Below are positions 11,560 to 23,914 of a stretch of DNA of 64,000 bases, piece after piece. The stretch's first letter is position 1. Every line of letters starts with the position of its first letter. Location: the NCBI RefSeq assembly GCF_016432865.1, contig NC_067398.1, forward strand, positions 553,350,001 to 553,414,000. The letters run 5' to 3'. The notes under the pieces are model-generated. The model searched no databases. It saw only the letters and a program-made list of their open reading frames with translations, and had not been told where the DNA came from. The translations under genes and the position numbers were made by a program. This DNA is from Antechinus flavipes (Eukaryota).

Positions 11560-12830
11560 ATAATAGTCAAGGTCCAAAAGACTGTAAGCCAGATTGATAG
11601 ATTGAATCTGCTCAGTTAGTGTTGAATAATTTTTTTAACTACACCTGGCCCCAAAAACTCACATTCACAAATATAGGATGGGTAAAGCCTAACTAGATAG
11701 CAGATTTTAAAATAGATCTGGGGGTTTTAGAGACTTGTTTCCTCAATATGAGTCAACGACCCACTATGACTGCCAAGAAAAGAAAAAAAAGCAAATACAA
11801 TATTGTGCTATATTAAGAGTTTCATTTTATCTAGAATAAGGGAGATGATAGCACCACCGTAGTAGTAATAAACACACTAAGTGCTAAGTACTGTGCTAAG
11901 AGCTAGGAAAACAAAGAAAGGCAAGACAGTTCCTACCCTCAAGAAGCTCATAATCTAATCAATATAAGTGAAAGCTAATATAAGCTTACGCCATTGAATA
12001 GATTTGTGATTTTCTTGATATAGGTGTTCCCTCCAATGATGCAGATAACATGACTGTCCATTCTGTGGGACTTCCATCTTTGTCCTCCCACAAATTCCTC
12101 CCAAATGCTAGTCTGCATTAAAAGACTGTACAGGTTAAGATACTACTGTATTCTGTCCAGATAAGACCACACCTGGAGAATTGTGTTCACTTTGGGGTGC
12201 CATGTTTTGGGGAAGCAACATTGGTAAGCTGGAGAACCACTAAGAGGAGAGCAGCCAGGATGGTAAAGAGCTTCAAGTTCATATTAAATGAGGATCATCT
12301 GAAATACTGCAAATATTTAGATCACAAAAAAAGGGAGTTAGGCTATAAAGGAAAATGACAGCTTCATGTATTTGAAGGGCTATCACAGGAGAGAGGACTA
12401 AGACTCATTCTTTTTAGACTCAGAGAATAAAACCAAGAGAAATGAGAAGTAATTAATGGAAAAAAAAAAAAAACTTCTTAAGAATGAGATATCCCAAAGT
12501 AAAATGGCCTGTCATGGAAGATATCACATTCCTTTCCTACTCTCCCCCACTTGACAGTGTCAAGCAAAGGTTGGATGACCACTTTTCAGTAACATTGTAG
12601 GTGGAATAAAGATTCAGTTATCCAAAAAACAGATCTATACTCATTATATGGACAAACTTCCATTTGTAGTTATGAAGAAGGGAGGTTGCTTTAGGCTATG
12701 TCTCCTTCCACTAGGGTGAATGTTATCCAGTGGCAGATTGTTGAAATGTAGAGGGGTTTTCTTTTCAGAAACAGAATGGACTTGAGAGCCTTAGGGAATC
12801 CTTCCAACTAAGTTTCTGTGATTTTTCAAA
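11560..12830 (+). mobile_element. Fragmented L3/CR1 LINE (with an L2 piece at about 11860-11965)
   Basis: About 12140-12200 translates as LLYSVQIRPHLENCVHF (CR1 LYSALVRPHLEYCVQF); DLGVL/LNMSQ-like remnants at about 11715-11760. Confidence 0.8.
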
Positions 12831-13294
12831 TGAATGGATTTTGAATAGATACTTGTGTCCAAGTTCTAGCTCTAATAATAATTGAAGTGGAAAATCAGCT
12901 ATCCACTTTGACCTGTAATTAGCTCATCTGTAAAATCTAAACCATTGCATTTGCATTACTTCACAAGGTTGCTATGAGAAAAGTAATTTTTAACTCTACA
13001 GTGATATACAAATGTGTGTTGTTATTTTTAATCACAGAGTGAATACAAATCATCATACATTTTCTTTCTGCACTTCATACTTCAGGAGCTGCCAATGATG
13101 CACTTAAAACTATGTTCAAGCTGCCCATTTTGGTTTTGTATTACTAGTTGATTGGAATAAATATTCATATAAAGTCTGTAAGACTCCTCACTGAGAACAT
13201 TGCTGTTGGAAGTGAAGGTAAGGTACAGGTTGGATAAGCACTTTCCAGTGCTAAGAATCTGGGAGATTCAGATGAAGCTGATGTTTTGACTTAT

Positions 13295-13310
13295 GGGGGG
13301 GGGGGGGGGG
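13295..13310 (+). repeat. G16 homopolymer
   Basis: 16 consecutive G. Confidence 0.9.
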
Positions 13311-13373
13311 TAGCTTCTAACAAGCTGGAAAGACTACAAGTTTCCCATAGAGATGGTGATTTCTTGCCCACCA

Positions 13374-13374
<1 letters not shown>

Positions 13375-13406
<32 letters not shown>
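13375..13406. repeat. (CA)n microsatellite
   Basis: About 16 perfect CA units. Confidence 0.98.
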
Positions 13407-13410
<4 letters not shown>

Positions 13411-13479
13411 AGTAAGTTATAGATTATTTGCTGAAGTGTATGGCAAAACACTCTATCCATTACAACACCTAGCCAAGAA

Positions 13480-13915
13480 AGACATTAATATGTTAATGGT
13501 GTCCAGGGCAGCTAAGATGGTAAGAATCCACCACATCACAAATGATCTTTAGATCACTTAAGAGAACAGAAGATATTTATAAAAGAAGACTTGGGGGAGA
13601 GCTATGATAAATGTCACCAAATGTCTAATGTAAAAGAGGGATTAGATTTATTCTTCCTGACCTCATGAGACAGAAGCAGGACCAATAGAAGTTGTGAAGA
13701 AGCAGATTTACTCTGAGTATATGGAGGGGAAAAAAAGAAAAGAAAAAAAAACTTTCTTAATTTTAGAAAGGTCTGAAAGTAATATGACCTGCTTCTAGAA
13801 GTAAGGAGTTTTCAATCCCAGTGATCAATGATGTTGTAGAGAGGGATTTCTATTCAAAGAGAGATCAGACTACATGAATTCTGAGCTTCCATCCACTCTA
13901 AGATTTCATAATTCT
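13480..13915 (+). mobile_element. L3/CR1 3' fragment
   Basis: 'gggcagctaagatggtaag..agagggattagatttattc..gtagagagggattt'. Confidence 0.7.
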
Positions 13916-14624
13916 TGTGGTTGTGATCTGTAGCAATGGATAGAAAGTCCACACTAGTGGAATATGGCTGACTGAAGTAATGCCAGTTCCATTAAGTCAA
14001 GCAATTTGCTACTTCAGGATGAATTTCCTTTCAAGGATCCAATAATTGGCCAAGTCTCCAGATTATTCTAAATAAAGCAATTATTCCAGTGGAGGGAAAA
14101 ATATGACTAGCTCAATTGCTGGAAGGCACATTTCATAATCTGAACTCTTTATTTTTGAGGCCTAAAGATTTCTTTGGCCATATATTGATTATCTCCCCCA
14201 CTCAGAACTTGCTAATATTACCTTTATTACTCTTCAATTGACCCCCCATCCCAAAACTTTCATCTCAACCCAAATATTTTCTCATTTTCATATCATGATA
14301 TTTCCATTTCAGAAGATCATTATTTAAGTTGAACTGTATATCCTTTCTGCCTCTCTACACTTTCCCAAGTCTGTCTCTTCCTTACTCTAAAAAGGCAATA
14401 TTTAAAAATATGTATAAATGGTAGTTCTTGTATGTTTGTCTTAGAGTTGGAGATATGGTTTATATAAAAAAATAAAGGACTTTGCTTCTTTGTTGCTTTG
14501 TTTTGTTTGTTTGTTTTTTCCCAATCCCATTATGATGCTCTGTTCTTCAATAAAATATTATACTTGAAATCAGAATATCTAGATTCCAGTCCCAGATTTA
14601 AATTTGTGAATTTTGTATTCTCAA

Positions 14625-14885
14625 CTTTTGTTGTTGTTTAGTTGTTTTCAGCTTAATACATATGTAACTTGATTTGTGTCTAAGGTTGTTGGTAAGTCAA
14701 TTTTTTCTTAGCCATTTCCTTTTCCAGTTTATTTCATAGATGAGGAAGTTGAGGCAAACAGGGTTAAGTGACTTGCCCAGGATCACCCAGCTAGTAAAAG
14801 TTTGAGGAAGGATTTGAATTCAGGAAGACGAGTCTTCCTGATACCCAGCCCAGTGCTCTATCCAATTCTGTCACCTAGCTGTTCC
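14625..14885 (-). mobile_element. Mar1-type SINE
   Basis: 'gttgttgtttagttgttttcag..gatgaggaagttgaggcaaacagggttaagtgacttgcccagg'. Confidence 0.85.
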
Positions 14886-15489
14886 TTCCTTATCTTTAAA
14901 ATGGAAAAAAATAACAATAATCTTTATTCACCACCAAGGGCAATTCTGAGGATTGAAATAGACAATGTAGGGTTAAAAAATGATTTTATGATCTTAAAGA
15001 TGTACTGGCTTTTTTTAACCCAAAACTCATATTTTTATCAGGGTGGAAACCCTCTCCACTAGTGAAATTCAGCAATTTATTTGCAATTTGGAGTCCTAGA
15101 AAGTTACCAGAGCAATAAAGATTTAAGTGATTTTCAAAATATGCATCATAAGCAGGATTTGAATCTTCTTGACAAGTCTTGCCCTCTAAATCCACAGCAC
15201 TCTGTTGTTTCCCAAAGTGTTAATATACATGTCTATCATCATCATCATCATGTCAGGCTTGAAAATGTAAGCTCTATTCAATTAAATTAATTAAGTTAAA
15301 ATTAAGCCAATTTAAAAATTAACTTCTGGGTCTCAGTTTCCTTATTTGTAAAATGATTACTAAATGGTCTTTGAGCTTTCTTCCAACTCTAGATTTATGA
15401 TCATACAATGCCATGTGAGTCCTCAATAAATATTTATTGGTAATGATGACGTGCTGAGATAATTAATGTTTCAGTTCCTCCTCCCTATT

Positions 15490-15720
15490 TATCTCTTTCA
15501 AATATTTACAGACTGCTGGTCATGTTTTCCTTTGTCACCTTGTCCAGCTGTATATACTCTATAGTGAAGCCCTTTAATCGTTCCTGTATCAACCTGCACT
15601 TTAGCCTCCTAATTTTTGTTGCTTTTCTCTGATCTCTTCAAACTGTTTATACTTTTCAATCTTCAAGGTTCTAGAGCCTGAATTAGGGCTGAATGTAGCC
15701 AACTCACTAGACTGACTAAA
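15490..15720 (-). mobile_element. Decayed L3/CR1 fragment
   Basis: 'tagttgcttttctctg'-like and 'cctgaatt..gaatgtagcc' antisense CR1 remnants. Confidence 0.5.
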
Positions 15721-16069
15721 GTTAATCATTCTGTGAGTTTTGGCCACAACCCAAATCCTCAGACTACTGTGGAGAGGAGGAGAAGGGAGGGTAGGGTGGA
15801 GGAGAATTTATTTAATGACCATTCCACTTCCCCCTCCAGTTTACATTTAGAATTATAAACTTTTAGTTTAGATGGGGACATTAGAAGACATCTAGTCTTA
15901 TTCCTCACTTTATAGAAAAGGAAGTGGAAGCCCTTAAAAGTTAAATGATATGCCCAAGATCACACAGCTAATTAGTGACAAGACTAATTAGAGTCAGATC
16001 CCACTGAGACTAAAACTCCCTGACTAGTATTCTTTCTACAAGAAATTGTGTGGTACAATATTGATTAGG

Positions 16070-16495
16070 AGGCAGCTAGGTGGTTTAATAGATACATTAC
16101 TAGATCTGGAGTCAGAAAATCCTGAGTTCAAATACAGCTTTCACTTACTAGCTGTGTGACTCTGAACAAGTCATTTAATTTATTTGCCTTATTCATCTTT
16201 CATTCTCAGAAAGCACCAATAACATCAGGAGGTTGATATCTTGACATGTAGGTGAGTTAGATTTAAATGAGACAGAGCAGTACAAAGTCTTCAACTTCAC
16301 TCTTTCCTTTAGGGTCATCAGAGTTGAACAGCAAGACATAGGTTAGGACAACTGGCTATGGTCCAGCCTACACTTGCTTTATGTACTGGAGATGGAAATG
16401 GCAAACCAGTCTGGTATCCTTGCCAAGAAAACCCCATGGACATTATGGCCCAGATAATGAAGAATGGGACATGACTGAACAACAAGAAGAAAATG
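16070..16495 (+). mobile_element. Long composite marsupial SINE (tRNA head + CORE + RTE-derived body and tail)
   Basis: Head 'gaggcagctaggtgg', body 'accaataacatcaggaggttgatatcttgac..', tail 'ggaaatggcaaaccagtctggtatccttgccaagaaaacccc'. Confidence 0.75.
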
Positions 16496-17798
16496 AATTA
16501 TTCAAGCCTCTGAAACATGGCAAGGAGAGATCATCCCTATGAAGGTTAGATCTCTTTCTAAGATGCCAGGCTGATCAGCAGTGGTCTCAGAGGCGGTAGA
16601 CTATTTCTGATTCTCTTCTTTAGAAAAATACCAAAATGACAAATAAAGCACAAAGGCCATTGGACCAATATATTATTTCTGTCTAAACTAGTACATTTAT
16701 AAAGAGGAAGACTTTTTTGAGAACTACAGCTAACTTCCACCCCAACTTCCTCATACAGAAATGAGCATACCCCCTCCTCCCAAAAAATACCCTTATGCAC
16801 ACAAATACATATGCAAAATTCTTGCTAAATCTGACCTGATGGCCCATTTGAGCATTCAGATTCCTGAGGGCTTAGAAGACTCATATCTGGTACTCTTCTC
16901 CTTCTTTCTATTTCCACTTCAAAAATTCCATATCTTTTAAGTCAGATTTCTTCCATCCAAATTACATCCTTCTCTCATTGAATCCTTGGATTGTAAACTT
17001 CATCAAACAATAAGCTTTTATTAAGGACCCACTATGTTCTAGGGACTATGCTAATTGCTGTGGATACAAAGACAAGAATGATATAGTTTTTATTTTCAAA
17101 GAAGTTATACTGAAGATGAAGACATATAAATATATAGAAAGGAAGAGAATACTTAGTTTAGAATTAGTTGAAAGCTTAAAATTCTAACCCCCTCATTGTG
17201 CAGATAAGAAAAATTGGGATTCAGAGAAGTTAGCATAAATAGTGACTTCTCCAAAATCATATTAGTGATAGAACTGGTATTTTAACCCAGTTCTAAAAAG
17301 GTCATCACAATATGCTTTCCCTTGGATCACACAATCTCCCTAATCAAATGATAACAATTAAAATATTGTTTTAATAAAAAAATAAAAACAAAAATATAAA
17401 ACAAATGATACACATAGACACACATGTATATATGTATATGGAGTATACATGTATGTATATATACATGTATTCTAAACATGAATATATGTATAATTTATAT
17501 AATAATATTAATAATATTAGCGTTTTACCTTTTATGAAATTCTTTCCTTACAACAAGCTTGTAAGGAAAATAGTACTGGTATTATTGTACCTATTTTGTA
17601 GATAGAGAAACTGAAGCTCAGGTTTGCATTCAGGAAGATCTGAATTTGAATTCCCCTTCAGAGACTTAGTACCTAGTGACTCGGGGTAAGTCATTTAACA
17701 TTTCTCAGACTCAGCTTCTCTTTTTGCTAAAATGAAGGGATCTCATGAGGACTGAATGAGATGACATACATAAAGTATTTTGCAAACTTTAAAGTATT

Positions 17799-17935
17799 NN
17801 NNNNNNNNNNNNNNNNNNNNNNNNNNNNNNNNNNNNNNNNNNNNNNNNNNNNNNNNNNNNNNNNNNNNNNNNNNNNNNNNNNNNNNNNNNNNNNNNNNNN
17901 NNNNNNNNNNNNNNNNNNNNNNNNNNNNNNNNNNN
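17799..17935. other. Assembly gap
   Basis: N bases. Confidence 1.
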
Positions 17936-18299
17936 TGTGTCAGAACTACAAGTTAAAACTAGATTTCTTTATTCCAGGTAGTCTAGGACATTGTCTGTTA
18001 TACCATGGCCCCTTTCCCTCTTCTTGTTCCAGGTTTTAGCTACATATCTCTGTGAAAGTGATCTAAGCAGATTCAGTAATAACCCCTCAGATGCCTTTTT
18101 CCACTGGCCATAAGCATCCCCTTTCAGACGTTCATAAACAAATATAGGTGTAGATGGTTATCCCTACTTTCCTAAACTCTCAGTATCCTATTAGTACAAG
18201 GTTTGTTATATATTGTATGTCTTGACCCTTTTCAATAGAATATTGCCTTTGATTTCATTAAAGGTGACACATCCTAATGTTCCATCCTCACTCTTTGAT

Positions 18300-19400
18300 T
18301 TCCCCATTTTGAGCAACAGAAAATTTGCAGATGAATGCCTGCGATCAAAGGTGTGGTTTGGCATTGTGGAATAGTGTTTTTCTTTGTGCAAAGATAATTG
18401 TATCCTGTGTAGAGATGGTGGTAGATTGCCAGCCAGGGAAATGCCCACCTGCCCTCTGATGTAGCCTCACTCTATTCAAATAGCTGTCAAGAAAAAGTTA
18501 GCTTTAAAAAATGAGACTACCTTATTTATGATCTGATATAGCACATTCATTTATCAGCTAGATAAGGAAGTAGTTAGCTGAATCACGAGTTTAAGTAATA
18601 CAGAACAGTGCTCACTGACCCAGAGGGTAAAGGAACCAGGCATATTTTGAACCACAGAGACTGATGCCCTCAAAGGCAGCTTCTCTCATCATTCTGTATT
18701 ATCTCAGGCATAATAATCATAGTGCATCAGTGGTTGCGCAATATCAACCTGATGACAACAGAAGTCTGAAATTTCTTCCCTTATTAACGTCCTCTCAGAG
18801 GCAGTCTGCTCATGATTGGAAGGAAGAAGAAGGACCCTGTTACTCACTGCTGCGGATCTGACCACCAACTATTACCAGTTTTATTGCAAGACCAATTTAG
18901 AAATGATTGTTTATTCATAATCATAGGTTCAGACAAAAACCAGACTGCCTTGCGAGAGGCAATGGCTACAATCTGTGTTTCCATGGGTTTGGCTTGTTTT
19001 GTGTTTTGTTTTGCTTTCTTTCCGTTTTTAATGGATTTCTTTCATTAGCTGGACTTCTATTTGTGTTATCGTCACACAGAGAGGAATAGGAGACAAAGAA
19101 TTTATTTCAAAAGGGGTTGGGGTCATTTGAAGAACTTTTTTTTCTTTTCCATTATCTTTCCTTTGGGGGAGGACACGGAGGCAAGGATCACTGTTTCTTA
19201 ATTCAAGTTACGTAAAAGTTGCAAAGCCACCAAACCACGATCTAAATGTTCCGCCAGAATGCAGGATGGAGAACTGTTCTCTTTGGTGGCTAATAATGGT
19301 CAGTGGTTTTCTTTTCCTTTCTAACTTAGTATGGGGTGTGCCTGGTTTGGGGTCTGGCTTGGAGCCATATGTGCGATCCGCAATCCAAGAAATTTTCTTG
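18300..19400. promoter_or_regulatory. Repeat-free, CpG-retaining candidate enhancer/promoter block
   Basis: 12 CpG in 18737-19380; perfect TTGCGCAA (18734-18741) and TTACGTAA (19208-19215); TCF+RUNX motifs at 18343-18359. Confidence 0.5.
18848..18984 (-). CDS. Candidate alternative first coding exon (METQIVAIASRKAVWFLSEPMIMNKQSFLNWSCNKTGNSWWSDPQ..), host unidentified
   Basis: acccATGG Kozak context; 45 open codons + 2 nt running into a GCA|gtgagt donor; in-frame stop immediately inside the intron; no homology recognised. Confidence 0.25.
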
Positions 19401-20284
19401 TTGGGTTGTGGATAGTTAGGAGAAGCATTTCAAGGAGCCAGGGCAATGCCAAAAGGGAAGAAAAATAAGGTCCATAGACAACAGGAAGGCAAGATGGAGA
19501 TATGGAGCAGATAGGAAGGCCAGAAGGCACTGAAATTTGCATCTCTATTTTCAGATTGAAAAGATAAGTAGATCCAGGAGAATGAATAGTGAAATCAACT
19601 AAGAACTGTGTCTATATAATGTTTCAGTAAATGGACTTAAGAGTTTAAAAGGCAAGGAGTAGAAAAGGGGATGAAAAACAAACTTTCTTGATGACACAGC
19701 CTTATAAAAGTGAAAATGAAACTGTTTTCTTCAAGTCTTCTTTCTCCCCTCCTCTCTGCTGAAAATATTTCTGTAAGAGAGACTATGGGAAGTACTGGCT
19801 AAAGTAGATTCCATTATTGAATTCTGTATTTGTTTCATTGTTTTCAACACAAAATTAGCTAGCAAACTGCAACAGAAAAATCTGTTATTCAAAACTCATC
19901 CTCCTATCAAGTCCTCCTGGGTCATTATTTTATTTTTATTTCTTTAGAAATAGAAAGAAATCTTACCTAGAAATGTTTAGAATATTGGTTGAGAAGTAAT
20001 GGAAACAGGTTTATGTTTTCTGATACCAAACTGAGATAACAAGCTTTAGTACCACCAACTAGGTAGGTACCTAATAGCTCCATACAATTAATAACCAATG
20101 AATGATTGTGGAATGAATGACACCATTAATAATGTTGTAAGGGGTTCTAACAGGGAGAAATTGTATATTACATATATATTATACATATATGTACATGTTC
20201 ATCATCTGAAAAATAAGAGGATTAAATTCTATGATCCAGTGAACCTAAGATAGAGATTTCTCTTCTGACATTTTTCTTGTATTA

Positions 20285-20619
20285 GAGGCAACTAGGTAGT
20301 TCAATGGATAGAGTGCAGAGCCTGGAGTTAGAAAGTTGTTGTGGTTCAGTCATTGAGTCAGGTCTGGCTCTTCACGACTCCATTTAGGATTTTCTTGGCA
20401 AAGATACTAGAATGGTTTGCCAAAGACCAGAATTCAAATCTGACCTCATACGCTTACTAACTGTGTAACCTTGGACAAATTACTTAATTTTGCCTCAGTT
20501 CCTCAACTGTAAAATGAGCTGGAGAAGAAAATGGCAAACTACTCCAATATCTTTGCCAAGAAAATCCCAAATGGGGTCATGAAGTTAGTTGGACTCAACT
20601 AAAAGGACTGAACAGCAAC
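20285..20619 (+). mobile_element. Mar1-type SINE with an antisense Mar1/RTE tail nested at 20335-20422
   Basis: Head broken at 'ggagttagaaa|..|aagacc'; insert gttgttgtggttcagtc..gatactagaatggtttgcca. Confidence 0.85.
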
Positions 20620-20659
20620 TAAATCCCAAGTCATCTAAGATTAAAACCTAAAAAAAAAA

Positions 20660-21665
20660 AATTATCTTCCCTCTCCTATAATTGTCATACCCAAGTTTTG
20701 TATTTTTTTTATCTAAAATGTCTCTCATTAACCCCTCTATTCTATTCTCACCCTTAGCACTAAAGTTCAGGCCTTTGATATTTTACAACGAAATTACTTC
20801 TATGACCTCTTAACTTATCCCCCTGCCTGTAGTTTCTCCCACTTCATACAATTCTGTATGAATACATATTGAATGAATGAATTCATTCAGATTAATTATA
20901 CTAAAATAGTAAAATTTTAATCATAGATCAGGATGCAGCCTTGAAGATTATTGAATTCCCTTATTATACATACAATAAAACTGAGGTCTAAAAAAGAAAA
21001 ATAAGTTTCTTAAGATCACATAACTGTCACAAAATGAGGAATATCTTTGCTCAAAAACCTATAAGAGCTCTCCACTCACACAGGATAAAGTTCTAATATC
21101 TTACTCTAGCATCCAAAATTTTCCCATATGGCACCAAACATTAACAACCTTCTCAGTACATATTGAAGTATTCCTACACTGCACTAAAAATGGTCTACTA
21201 ACTTCCTGACACAACTTGCTTACAATTATATCACTTCTCTGCCTTTGTTCACACCAATACCAGTTACTGAAAAATCCTTTTTCTGTCTTATTACCTATCC
21301 AAATCCTAACTACTTTTCAAAGCTAAATTTAAATCTAAATCCTTCTAGGAGGCCTTCTTAGAATTATACAGACTTTATCTGATTTCATAATTCCTAATTT
21401 CATAAATGCCACTTATTTGGCAATTAGTTATAACCCTTTTAGACTGTTAGAGCTAAAAGGAGTTGTATATATCTAGCCCATCCCTCTCACTTTTACACCT
21501 GAAACATCACCTCTTGTCTTATTGTTATATGTTATATATAATTATGTATTTATAATTTATCTTCCCAATTAGATTATAAGCTCCTTGAGAGCAAGGAATA
21601 CTTTGCATGCATAAAGGAATACCTCACAGTACTTTGTACCCCTAAGTTATCAACAAATATTTGCT
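20660..21665 (+). mobile_element. Decayed L2 3' region
   Basis: 'ttagattataagctccttgagagcaagg' 3' end; L2-like pyrimidine-rich body. Confidence 0.6.
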
Positions 21666-23089
21666 AATTCTTTGAATAAAATACCTTGGCTGCTTTCTCT
21701 TCCTTATATAAATGACAATTTTTTTAAATAAAAAGCTTTGTTTCTCTAATTTTACATGTATTGTCATCATTTATGACCTTATGATACCAAAATATGTTGT
21801 CTTCTTCATTTCTAACCATAGACATTGTTCTCATTTTGTAGCTTCATCCAACACTAAACAAAACAAGATGTTGATAGAATTCAGGACTTAAATCAAAAAG
21901 CTTGATTTCATTCATTCCATGACTTCTGTTTTTTAGTATGAGGAGTCAACCTCTCTCTGTGGCCTCACATTGCTGAGATATAAATCCTTTCAACTCTGAA
22001 ACATTTTAAGCAATTGTACCAAGCTGTCTATGACTCTGAAAGGTTGAAAGTCAATTATTGGATCTATTCTATTGGGACAGTACTTTTTTTTTTTTTGCTA
22101 AGCTTTTCAATGGACCTAGGACCAAGAGTTCCTTCCCTCAGAACAAATGAAAATGTTGAGCTTTTTTATTTTCCCCATATAAGGAGCTTTGGGGTATTAG
22201 GGACCAGTGATTTGGATTATCCTATTAGTACTGCTGAATCCACAGCCTATTATGACTCAGGCTTGTCTCGATATGCACCATAGAATAGGAATAAAGCACT
22301 TTCTTTTTCTTCCTTCCTTTCTTCCTGTAATTCATACTCAATCCAACTTTACTTTGTTTAAACCACAGCATTTCACATTAGCCTGCAAGCTTGGACACAG
22401 CTGCCTGTTTTATTCTTTTGGCCCTTTGTTAAGCCAGGGTAAAGTTATATCTTATGGCTAATTTTCAAACTCTGTAAACCTGATACCTTGTTAAAACTGA
22501 AATTTTAGATTAAATCAGCATGAAAATGCCTATTCCCCTGAGACCTCTAAATTATAGACACCATATTGCTTACATCTTGTTCTCCCCTCCCTGACACTCC
22601 TTTTAAGGAGTTCTTTCTCAGCCTCTGTGAAACATTAGTTACTCTTTCTCACTAATAAAATGATTTAATTTTTTATAAAGAAATCTTTCCCCATCTTTAT
22701 TATATATTATATTTAATTCCTAATTCTAATAAGTGAATTGATTAAATACATACCAAAGAAATGATTGTTTCATGATTTCTTGATACACCATCTGCAGGAG
22801 TTAATAATAAGTGCCAGCAATAATGCTATAGGATTGGGTAGTAAAGGCAAGTGTGAGGCTAGAAGGAATAGGCAGAGAATAGCTGTGTAGAGAGAAAGAG
22901 ACCTGAAAATATAATGACTTGATCCAGGTAAAACTAACTACAGAAATGTTTCATAAAGAAGTACATTCACTGACCAAAGGTAGATTAGAAAACTTGAAAG
23001 TGAGGGGCAATCAGTGAGGGCAATGTCTCTAGTCAATCAGAAAGAATGGGGAATGAAAGGGAAAGGGACCACGTAAATGTCATAATAGT

Positions 23090-23320
23090 TATAACTGATA
23101 TTATTTGATGCTTTAAACTTTGTGAAATGTTTTTCTTAAATTCTCTCATTTAATGTTCATATCTCTAATTCTTTCATAATGATGCTTTGTGAGGTGAATA
23201 CTATTGGTGTTCTTATACTCATTTTATAAATGAAGAAAATGAATAGAACTAAATAAGTATTGGGGGTGAAATTTGAACTCTGGTGTTCCTGATTTCAAGT
23301 CCAGCATATCATTCACTATG
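23090..23320 (-). mobile_element. MIR/CORE-SINE
   Basis: 'tgctttaaactttgtgaaatg..cattttataaatgaagaaaatg..tttgaactc'. Confidence 0.7.
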
Positions 23321-23914
23321 CTTAATTTGCAAAAGGATTCCCCAAAAGAATTCAGGAGAAGATAGAATACCAGATCAATCTTCACATTACTGAAAAATGA
23401 ATAGTTGCAAATTGGTATTGAGAAATTGTTGCCAGAGCATCACAATTTAATTCAACATATCTTTATTAAACTCCTACCACAAACAAGGCAGTGAAATGAT
23501 AAAGGAAGAAAAAAAAGGAAAGAAAGTTTCAACCCTCAAGAAACATTTCTTCTAAAAAGGCAGGAGAGGAACTTGTCTAACAAGAAAAGGCAGGATTTTC
23601 TTAAGCAGACAATGAAGAGTGACTAGATCAGTTCTGAGATGAAACAGAAGCAACTATAATTGATCACTACATCAAGTCTTTTCAAAATGCACTTAATGAC
23701 TAAATCATTTGCAACACCTGAGAAATACCTACTCATATATTTTTGAAACTCTAAGACTTTGTTCACAAACATAGAAACTGTACATTGAAAATTTGTGAAT
23801 GTGGAAGATATCAGAGAAAAATAAAAGAAAAAAGAGCAAAAGGAGGGAAATTCCCTTATCACCTTGATTAGTAGTTACCAAAGTCTTAAGCTATAAAAGC
23901 TTCTGCCTAAAAAT

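Noticed and set aside
18791-18959. C/D-box snoRNA or pre-miRNA interpretation of the terminal stem
   Set aside because: No RUGAUGA and CUGA at the right positions on either strand, and the loop of about 130 nt is too large for a pre-miRNA.
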